Assembly: GCF_004010195.1 (NCBI RefSeq)
Contig: NC_057750.1
Location: 11,223,359 to 11,281,427, forward strand
Source of the DNA: Chiloscyllium plagiosum
Lineage: Eukaryota
Length of the DNA: 58,069 nt
Direction of reading: 5' to 3'
The notes under the pieces were generated by a model. The model did no database searches, was not told the origin of the DNA, and saw only the letters and a list, made by a program, of their open reading frames with translations. Made by a program: the position numbers and the translations under genes. This document shows, one piece after another, positions 1-10,446 of this stretch. Each line of letters begins with the position of its first letter. Within the stretch, counting starts at the first letter, position 1.

Positions 1-950
1 CCCCGAATTATGGTCACTATCCCCAAAGTGCTCACGTACCTCTAATTCTAACACCTGGCCTGGTTCGTTACCCAGAACCAAATCCAGTATGGCCTCACCT
101 CTTGTTGGCCTGTCTACATATTGTGTCAGGAAACTCTCCTGCACACATTGAACAAACACTGACCCATCTAACGAACTTGAGCTATAGCTTTCCCAATCAA
201 TATCAGGAAAGTTAAAGTCCCCCATAACCACCACCCTATTACTGTCACACATCACGTGAATCACCTTCCCTATCCTTTCTTCTACGTTTCTAGGACTATT
301 GGGAGGCCTGTAAAAGACTCCTTACAGGGTGACCTCACCTTTCCTATTCCTAACCTCAGCCCAAACTACCTCAGGTGGCAAGTCCTCATCCATCGTCCTT
401 TCCACCTCTGTAATACTATCTTTGACAAGCAATGCCACACCTCCCCCTCTTTTACCCCCACCTCTGTCCCTACTAAAACATTTAAATCCTGGAACCCGCA
501 ACTGCCAATCCTGTCCCTGTTCTAGCCATGTCTCCGTAATAGCCACAACATCGAAGTCCCAGGTACCTACCCACGCTGCAAGTTCACCTACCTTATTTCG
601 TATACTTCTTGCATTGAAGTATACACACTTCAAGCCACTTTCCTGTTTACAGACACCCTCCTTGTGAATTGATGCCATGTTCCTAACCTCCCTACACTCC
701 AGGCTCTGCACCCTGAAGCTACAATCTGGGTTTCCATGCCCCTGCAGAGTTAGTTTAAACCCCCCCCAAGAGCACTAGCAAACCTCCCACCAAGGATACT
801 GGTGCCCCTCAGGTTCAGGTGTAGACCATCCTGTTTATAGAGGTCCCACCATCCCCAGAAAGAACCCCAGTTATCCAAAAACCGGAATCCCTCCCTCCTG
901 CACCATCCCTGTAGCCACGCATTTAAGTGTTCTCTTTCCCTATTCCTCGA
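1..950 (-). mobile_element. CR1-clade LINE fragment: ORF1 esterase-like C-terminus plus ORF2 APE endonuclease N-terminus
   Basis: ORF 750..1016 ends WLQGWCRREGFRFLDNW...DGLHLN (SGNH/esterase-type CR1 ORF1). ORF 322..711 has YFNARSIRNK, DVVAITETWL and GGGVALLVK (APE endonuclease). Runs off the window edge. Confidence 0.9.
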
Positions 951-2253
951 ATCTCGAAAACATTGTGCATAAAGAGTCTTTGTCTGACTGGCAGGACATG
1001 ACAAGTTGAGCCCCATGGGAGTTTTGCTGCAACTTCAACATTTTACAATTTACATCAATTACTTAGCTGATGTGAGAAAAGGTGTAGTAGCTAAACTAGC
1101 AGGTGACGCAAAGTACATAGTGAAAAAGATATAAGACGTTTGCCAACAGATATAGATAGATTGAATGAGCGGACAAAATTTGGCTGATGGGGCACTAGAT
1201 GGGAAAATGTGAACCGAAAAATGCTGTAAATCAGAAACAAAAACAGAAGTTGATGGAAAAGCTCAGCAGGTCTGGCAGCAACTGTGGAGAGAAATCAGAG
1301 TTAACATTTTGGGTTGAGTGACCCTTCCTCAGAACACTTCAAAGGTGGGGAATGTGGAATTTGAAACACAAGCAGATCAGCCATGATCTTATTGAATGGT
1401 GCAGTAGGCTGAAGGGCTGGAAGGTCTGTTTCTTCTCCTGAGGAGGTGGCATCACACTGACAATGTCACTGGACCAGCAGTCCAGAACCTCAGGTTAAAG
1501 CAGTGGGGACTGGGTTCAGATCCTACCAATGTAGACAGGAAGGAGGCTGGAATAACATAGCAAGCCAAGCAGCATCAGGAGATGGAGAAGTTGATGTTTC
1601 GGGTATAACCCTTGTTCAGGATTCTAGCATCTGCAGTTTTGTTTGTCTCAGATCCTACCAACAGCAAGTGATTAATTTGAATTTAATAAAAATCTGGAAT
1701 AAAAACGCGAACCTACTGTTTTATGTAAAAACCCATCCAATGTAGGGAAGGAAATGTGCTGTCCTTACCCAGTCTGGCCTATACATGACACCAGATCCAC
1801 AGCAATATGATTGACTCTGAAGTGCCATCAGGGCAATTAGGATAATAACAATGGATGCCTGCATTCCATTAGTAAGTAATAAAATAAGTTATACATTCGT
1901 ACATGCGCACGTTTCCAATTCTGGCCTTCATCTCCAACTTTAATTACTCCACCATTGCTAGCTGTGCCTTCAGCTTCCTGGGTCAAAAGTTCTGAAATTG
2001 TGTACTAAAATTCTCTGTTCCTTTACCTCACTTTCTGCTACGAAGGAATCCGTAAAATCTACATGTTGTATGAAGCATTTGATTGCCAGTCCTATTATTG
2101 TCTTATGTAGCTCATTGTTAAATTTTGCTTGATGACTGTCTTGGGAAATTTGGTTACATTAATGGTCCTGTATAAATCAAAGTTGCTTTTGTTCATAGCC
2201 AACAAAGTTCACAAAGTTATGAAATGAGCTTCCCAGTCTGAATCCAGAAGGTT

Positions 2254-3505
2254 ATGAGTCAAATGTTGTTTGTTATCTATATCAATGATTTGGATGAGAA
2301 TGCACAAGGTATGATTAATAAGTTTGCAGATGACACCAAAATAAGCAGTATCGTGGACAGTGCGGAAGGTTATCAGAAATTGCAGCAGGACCTTGATCAA
2401 CTGGGGAAGTGGGCCGAGAAATGGCAAATGGAGTTGAATATAGATGAATGTGATGTCTTGCATTTTGGAAAGTCAACTCAAGGTAGGAGTTTCATGGTGG
2501 AGGAGAAAGTGAGGACTGCAGATGCTGGAGTGAGGGTGGTGCTGAATCCGGGGGTTGGGACTGAAATAAGGTGGGGGGAGGGGAAATGAGGAAGCTGGAG
2601 AAATCTACATTCATGGAGTTTCATGGTGCATGGTAGAGCCTTACGGAGTGTAGGGACCTTGGAGTTCAGGTACATGGTTCTCTGAAAGTGGAGTCACAGG
2701 TAGACAGGGCAGTGAAGAAGGCTTTTGGCACACTGGCCATCGTCAGTCAGGGCCTTGAATATAGAAGATGGGAAGTGATGTTGTACAGGACATTGGTGAG
2801 GCCACACTTGGAGTATTATATTCAGTTATGGTCACCTAGCTGTAGGAAGGACATTATTAAACTGAAAAGAATGCAGAAGAAATTTATAAGGATGCTGCTA
2901 GGACTCAAGTTATAGGGAAACATTGGACAAGCTAGGGTGTTTTGTTCTTTCAAACACAGGAGACTGAGGGGGGATCTTATAGAAATGTATAAGATCATGA
3001 AAGGTATTGATAGGGTGAATGCACTCAGTACTTTTCCCAACATTGGGTATTTGAGGACTAGAGGGCATCAGTTTAAGGTTAGAGGGGAAAGAATAAAAAG
3101 GAACCTGAGGGGCAGATTTTTTACACAGAGGGTGGTATGTATATGGAATGACCTGCCAGTTGAAGTGGTTGAGGCAGGTACATTAACAACATTTAAAAGG
3201 CATTTATTTAATACATGGATAGGAAAGGATATGGAGGAGGTCAGGCAGCATCCAAGGAGTAGGGGAATCGACGTTTCGGGCATGAGCCCTTCTTCAGGAA
3301 TGTCTATCAATGCATTCTGCTCCTTGGATGCTGCCTGACCTGCTGCGCTTTTCCAGCAACACATTTTCAGCTCCGATCTCCGGCATCTGCAGTCCTCACT
3401 TTCTCTTAGAAGGATATGGGCCAAGTGCAGGGAAACATGGTTAGTATTGATGGTCATTGGTCGACATAGACCAGTTTGGGCCGAAGGGCCTGTCTCTGTG
3501 CTGTA
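2254..3505 (+). mobile_element. CR1 LINE 3' fragment (RT C-terminus and tail), interrupted by Penelope-derived inserts
   Basis: LFVIYINDLD...KFADDTK, LVRPHLEY, RRLRGDLIE, FFTQRVV in successive broken frames; tail GGGCCGAAGGGCCTGT. Confidence 0.9.
3270..3297 (-). ncRNA. Minimal hammerhead ribozyme core in a Penelope-type terminal repeat
   Basis: Minus strand CTGAAGA-A-GGGC-TCAT-GCCC-GAAAC-GTC: CUGANGA box, stem II, GAAA box, palindromic ACGT and GUC triplet. Confidence 0.7.
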
Positions 3506-3779
3506 GGGAGTCTAGATTAAAGTGGTGCTGGAAAAGCAGCAGGTCAGGCAGCATCCGAGGAACAGGGAAATCGACGTTTCGGGCAAAAGCCCTAGGACTC
3601 TAAAACTCTAAATAGCATGAAACAATGCAAACTCTGGCACTGATTAACGTTAAATTACAATGTTCTTCAGGGAAGGAAACCTACCATCTCGTCTAGTTGA
3701 ATTTTAACTGGTTTCTATACTGGCCAAACAAGGAACTCAATTGAATCAAACTGCCCGAACAAACACTCTGAAAACAAAT

Positions 3780-4055
3780 ACAGCAGGGGGTTAAATACAG
3801 AGAAAAGCTCTATCTATGCTGCTCCCATCAAACACTTCAGAAAAGGTACAACATTGGGTTATATAAGAAGTAAAGTTCCCACAACATTGTCCCCATCAAA
3901 CACTTCAATACAGCTACAGCATGGATTTGAGACAGAGTAAAGCTTCCTTTATGCTGCCTCCATCAAAGACTTCACATCAGATACAGAACAGGTTTAGATA
4001 CAGAGTAAAGCTTCCTCTGCTCTGTTCCCATCAAACACTCCTAGATACAGTACAG
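3780..4055 (+). repeat. Degenerate tandem repeat, about 67-bp unit, about 4 copies
   Basis: CATCAAA(C/G)AC recurs near 3826, 3894, 3961 and 4029; a CAGAGTAAAGCT-like block precedes each. Confidence 0.75.
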
Positions 4056-5019
4056 TGTGACATTAAATGCAGCCAAAAGCTTCTTCAGGTGGTCTTGCTG
4101 TGCAGTGGGTTGTGTCCCTTCTTCTAAATCAGGAGCTCTGGGATTTAAGTCCCATTCCAAGAGCTAATGGTGAGGGAAGATGTGGATACAATGCAGCCAG
4201 AAGGTTTGTTTATCAAACTTCAGATCCTTCCAGTACACATCAATGCCAGGTGGTAAAGGCAGGAGAGATTTCTTGTCGTCCATGTGATGTAAAGAATACT
4301 GGAACCTCCACCATCACTATTGATGGATTCAAGCTACAGCATACATGTAAATGCGTACGTTGCCAAAGTAACATGAAGTGTGTGAGAGATCGGCAGCACA
4401 GACTAAACCTTCTACACTATCCCAATATATAGTCTCAGGTCAGTTGCAGCATGTGTTAGGGACACAGCCCAAACTCATTGCCCAAGCCCCTATCACAAAA
4501 GAGCATCCCCAGCCAGTACACATTGTGACAATTGTCTGTTTCTCACCATCTCCCTCCACAATCCAGAATGTCAATTGTGTGGGAAGTAAAGGTCTAATGT
4601 TGTATGCCCCACACCCACTGGCTATCAGACTGAATTGCATCTATACCTGGCTGTGATGATGTTGTCACTGGTCATCATGATTCTATTTTGCTCTGTTCTA
4701 GAACCCGACTCCTCAGATCCAGAATGGCTTCAGTCCAACCCACCGTATCCAGGCATTCTTTTACCAATGGACACAGTCTGACAGAAATGGCAAAAGCAAG
4801 ACTACGTATGACTTCAACAAGAACTTCATGGCCTAGTGGATCTGAAACTGCAGCACTGGTGCTTCCTTCTTCTCCATCAAGTCTTTTGTACAGCCTTTAT
4901 TTGTCTCTCTAGTTCATGTCATTATTTATTTAAAGAGGTAGTTTTTTGTTTATTGGGGAAGTGGCTGGGCAGTCGGAATGAAGGGGCATGTGGGTGGTTT
5001 CGGGGGGAAATGCAGACCT

Positions 5020-6010
5020 TTTCAACTAAACAGAAAGATAGCTAGAAATATAAAACAGAATAATAAGAGTTTCTATAGATATTTTTAAAAGAAAGGCGTT
5101 TAACAGAGTAAGCATTGGTCTGAAAGAGAGTATGAAGAATTAATGATGAAAAATAGGGAGGTGGCAAATGAAGTGGTCAGGTATTTTGCATCAGTCTTCA
5201 CTATACAGGATAAAGTAGCCTCCCATAAATAGCTGTAAAGCAGGAAGTGAAAGAGAGGGAGGAACACAAGAAAATTGGAATCACCAGAGAAGTGGTACTG
5301 CAAAAGTCAATGAAGCTTATGGCTGACAAGCTCACGGATCCTGATAGATGTCATCTGAAATATTGCAACAAAATGGCTAATGAGATTGGTAGTGTATTGG
5401 TTTTAATTTTGCAAAATTCCTTAGATTTGGCCAAGGTTCTAATAATTTGTAAAATAGCAAATGTTATCCTAAAGGGAAGAAGAAGTAAAACAGGGAGTTA
5501 TAGCCAGTTAGCTTAATAGCTGTCATAAAAGATGTTAGTAGCTATTATGAAAGATGATATAGCAAGGCACTTAAAATTTAAGATAATCAGGCAGAGTCAA
5601 TATGGTTTTTGTGAAAGGGAAATCACGTTTGATCAATTTGTCAACATTCTTTGAGCAAGTAACATGCTATGGATAAAGAGGAACTGGTGGATGAACTATA
5701 CTTGGATTTCCAGAAAGCATTTGATAAGGTGCCACATCAAAGCTTATTACAGAAAATGAAAGCTCACGGTGTAGAATGTAGCTTATTGACATGGACAGAC
5801 AATTGGCTAGCAAACAGGAAATAGAAAATAGGCATAATGATATAACGTCTCTTGAGCGAAATCTAGAACTAGGGGTCACTTTTTAAAAATAAGGGATCAC
5901 ATATTTAAGAAAAAGATAAGAAGACTTTTATTTTATAGGTTTTGAGTATTTGGAACTCTCTTCCTCAAAAATTGGGGAAGCAGGGTCCTTGAGTATTTTT
6001 AAGGTAGAGG
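5020..6010 (+). mobile_element. Highly degenerate CR1 LINE ORF2 fragments
   Basis: Remnants of YFASVFT, KIANV, QHGF and YLDFQKAFDKV motifs with many stops and frameshifts. Confidence 0.75.
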
Positions 6011-6435
6011 TGGATAGCTAGATCTTGGGCACCCCACTTTAGGCAAGATGCGATAGTGTTGGAAGATTTACTGGAATGGAACAGAGGTAAGGAACTTCAG
6101 TAATGTGGAAAGACAAAGTAAGCTGGGATTGTTCTCCTTAGAGCAACAATTATTCAGAGGAGACTTAAAGCAGATATTTAAGATTAGACGGAATTTCAAT
6201 GAATGAGGAGAAATTGTTTCCTTTGCCAATCAGGCATTAATAACCAATAAAGTGCCACATTAAAGGTTACTGCAGAAAATAAAAGCTCACGTTGTCAGGG
6301 GGCATAGGTTATTGGCATGGATCGACGATTGGCTAATTAATAAGGAACAATTAGCATGAACAGGTCATTTTCAGGTTGGCGAGATATAATGGAAAAGCGC
6401 AGCAGGTCAGGCATCATCCAAGGAGCAGGAGAATC

Positions 6436-6463
6436 GACGTTTCGGGCATAAGCCCTTCTTCAG
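6436..6463 (-). ncRNA. Minimal hammerhead ribozyme core in a fold-back Penelope-type insert
   Basis: Minus strand CTGAAGAAGGGCTTATGCCCGAAACGTC, inside the inverted-repeat insert 6392-6567. Confidence 0.7.
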
Positions 6464-8989
6464 GAATGCCCGATACTTGAATTCTCTTGCTCCTTGGATG
6501 CTGCCTGACCTGCTGCGCTTTTCCAGCAACACATTTTTTCAGCTCTGAACTCCAGCATCTCTTTCCCTGGCGAGATATAATGAATGATGTGCAAAAAGAT
6601 CAGTGCTGGGGCTTACACATTTTACAACTTATATAAATTACTGTACTTGGATGAAGGAGCCAAAGCACAATCTCTGCTCTACAAAGAACAATGCCAGTGT
6701 CTTCTGTCTGTCCACTCGGCTGAAGTTGAGTATTTTCAAGATCGAAATCAATAGAATTTGGACTCTCAGGGTATCAAGGGATATGGAGATTAGGTGGGAA
6801 AGTGGATTTGAAAGTAAAAAAAAATCAGTCATGACTTTATTAAACAGTGGGGCAAGGGACCATATAGTCTTCAGCTTTGATTTGCTTCATTCTTGTGTAC
6901 TTCAATTCAAAGTCTCTGTTGTGTCATGGTTCCTGGTGCTGTCTACTGACCCTCCCAGTTGGGAGATGGGGTGACTGTGTTGTCACAATGGGAAATTATA
7001 GACGAGACAGCCCCATGGGTCGATATCCTAGCCAAGAACAATCTACTGGCACTAAATTTCACTTAACTGTTACCCTAAACCGCAGGAATATCTAAGAAGG
7101 ATAGATCACCCTCAGAGCGAGAGCAGTGTAGGTTTTTCAGAATGAAGATTAAACTATGAGGTGAGATTACACAAAGTGAGGCTGTGTTGTCTGGAATTTA
7201 GAGGTGTTTGAGCAAGGTGTTCAAGAAACAAAGGGGTACAAATAGAGTCAGTTGGGAGAAACTATTTCTGCTAGTTCGGGAATGTAGGACAAATGGAATA
7301 GTCTACAAGTTAGACACATACCTTTCGGCAGTGAAATCAGGTCTCACTCCTGTACACAAAATAGAAATATGGAACAGACAACTGATGCTTGATTAATAGT
7401 TAATTTTAAATCAGAAATGGATAATTTTATGATCAACTAAAGATACTAAGGGAAATGAGGCAGAAGTGGAATTATGACGTTAGGTAGCAGCTCACTGTGA
7501 TCTCATTGAATAAGAGGATGCAGGAGCTAAGTAATCTACTCTAGTTCCTATGTCCCCAAATATTTCTGATCTATGTTTTGTATTGAGACAATACTTTTGG
7601 ATATCACTCCTAGACAGTCTCGCTCTAATTGTAACATAATGTCACCTTGTTTTGGAAATAATTTCTGTTTGCCTACTCTATCATATCTTTCAATTGTTGT
7701 GATCACCCTACGGAGATTCACCTTTAGTTTTTGACTCGAGCAAATACAAAGGACCAGCGCATGCAACCTATCCTCTACCCCTAGGCCTTACGTTTAAACC
7801 ACAGCATCGCAGTAAGCACAAAAATTGGGATCATGTACAGTAATGAACAGGAAAAGGCCATTTGGCTTCTAACACATAAACAAAAACAGGAATTGTTGGA
7901 AAAGGTCAGCAGGTCTGACAGCATCTACGAAAAGAAATCAGAGTTCACTAGGCAATCTTCTATGAGAATGGGTTTCTATGTGGTTATCTATGTCTGGCAT
8001 GGATCTGACAATGGCATTTGTGAGATGGAGAGGTGCAGAGAATGCCAATCTCTCATCCCCATCCAACAAGGTGACCATACCAGGGCAGGTGTGTTACTGA
8101 ACGGGAGCAGTTTTCAGTGGATTCTTCTCTGCTCACCATTCTTGCCCTGGCCTCCCTGCCCTGGCCCCAAAGAAAGGCGCCTGTCAGCAAGAAATCACAT
8201 CTTACAAATTCAACAGGCTGTTGTGACCTTGTGAGATCAAGTGTCAATTAGGTAAGAACCTCAAGAGAGCAAAGGTGGAACAATGGATTTCAGGTGCAGA
8301 TTAGCAATGATTTGACTGTATAACAGGATAGGCTCAAGGGGCTGAGCGGCTGCTCATGTTCCCTTGATAGAATTATCCAACCATTGAATCATATTATCAG
8401 TGCGGAATTGGGCACAGATGGACAGAAATCTAATGGTCTCAAGTCTCTAAGGTTCAGGCTCAAACTACAGGCAAGGGTGCGGAAGGGCAGAATTGCCAGG
8501 CCTTTAGGGCAATTGTAACTGGTACAAATGTTTTCTACGTACACTCAAACCTGAAGAAACCACCATTAAACAAGACTGTCTGACCAGCAGAATTCAAAAG
8601 TTCTTTCATGGATCCCCTTTAAAATGACAATACATGAATGAAGTCCTGTTCCAGCTGAATCCGATCAGCCCCTGGTGAATACTCTCTGTAAAAGCCACAG
8701 GGGTTATTAAGTATTGGACCAAGGGTTGGACAGGTTTGGCCACAGGACACGATCGATTCCTTGGAAACATTATGCGGATTTGTGGAAGGATCTGGACTGC
8801 ATCCAAAGGAACTGCTTATAGAAATTTCTCCTGCGAGAAGTTATCCATCAGGCTATTTACTGGATCAAAAATTGGTTGTTGTTGAGGGTGCCAGTGTGCA
8901 CTGGGTCTTGCAAGGATTAGGGTAGTCTTTCTTTCTCTCCACTTTTCTTTTCAAACATCATCAGTTTGTCAATTATTTCATGACAATAA

Positions 8990-9395
8990 TCCTCAAACTC
9001 TGTAACTGATCTCCAAGTTATAGCTCCAGTCCTCTGTTTGAGGAAGAATGTTAGCACTGACTAACTGAGGGAGTACTGCACTTGTCAGAGCACCACATTT
9101 CAAATGAAATGCTGGTCAAATGGAGTCCCGGTCTGCTCCATCAGCCAGATGTCCTGCTATGCTATTAGGAAGAAAATTGGAAGAGTTCTGTCTGTTGGCT
9201 TGGCCAATATGTATCCTGTAACTAACATCACTAAAACATGATTATCTAGTTTTATCTAATGGTTTTCCAGGGATTCCTGCTGTGTGCAAATTGGCTGCTA
9301 CATTTCATACATTACCCTTCAAATGCACTGAATTGGCTGTGAAGCTCTTTAGGACACCTTGAGGTTGTGAAAGGTGCTATATAAAAGCAAATTAT
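8990..9395 (+). mobile_element. DeuSINE-type (SacSINE/AmnSINE-like) SINE remnant
   Basis: ACTGAGGGAGTACTGCAC core, GCTGTGTGCAAATTGGCTGC, and GTTGTGAAAGGTGCTATATAAA 3' end. Confidence 0.65.
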
Positions 9396-10446
9396 TTTTC
9401 TATTTGTGATGTGGCCTGAGAGATCCTCACCTTGCTCCCCACCTTTTCCCTATCATGATCCTCTCCCCACATTTGTCAAACAAGCTACGTTATCTGTCTA
9501 TATATTCTGACTGGCCTTGGGCTGTTCATTGAGCTGGGATCAAATGCTATTTGCTTTCATACCCTTGCCCCGAAGCAAAGGAACGCAGAAGAATGGAGAC
9601 AGAATATCCCACTCCTCACACAGCAGATGAAATACCCTTAACAAAACATAATTCTTGCATACCATTGAATGTCAGTTCTTTCCCTATTTTCCACCTAGAG
9701 GTGACCGATCTCTAATTGGCAGCTGTCACCTAGCATTCCTGACTGAAACCAAGAGTTCACTGTGGGAAAACAGCAGTCATCGACCTGTGACCCACCATTG
9801 TGTGAGTTCAGACCCTTGCACGTTGGCTTTAGATCACTGTAACAAAGGGCTGGCAAAGATACAGTGGATTACATGGTCCCATTGTCTCCTGTAAACCTCT
9901 ATTGTTCACCTTAACAGTGTTTCTCACTCTCCAATTGTTTTAACTTTTATCAGAAAATCCCAGCACTGTTGTAACATCTGATTACTGAGAGCAAGTGTCA
10001 AGGTGGAGCAAACTTTAAATTGTTTTTCTGGAATAAAGGTGGTGAAAACATTATGAAATAACATTAACATTTGCAATAAATATCTTGCAAAGTTCACCAA
10101 GTTGTTTTACAATGACAAGTTGATTCAAGAGGTTTTATTTAACATAGACCGAAAAGGAATGGACTTAATATCAGTTTGCCAACCCTTCAGGAGTGACCTG
10201 AGGTGGCCAGAAAATGAAGATAAATATCCAGACCATTGCTATGAGTAACTCTAGGCCTGTGAAATCGTAAGGACGTTAAAAGCAATTTTTAAAATGTATC
10301 TGTTTATTAATATTGGAGATTGGGAAGAATGAGTGATGTGCATTTATCAGTCAGTTGGCTGTAAAGTGAAAGACATTCCATCAGCTTTGACAACCTTTAC
10401 ATAATAGGAATTTGTCTTTTCTCTCACAGGGAGTGTTAACAAGTCC

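Noticed and set aside
3780..4055. Regularly spaced repeats as a CRISPR-like array
   Set aside because: Eukaryotic context, and the whole unit repeats with no unique spacers.
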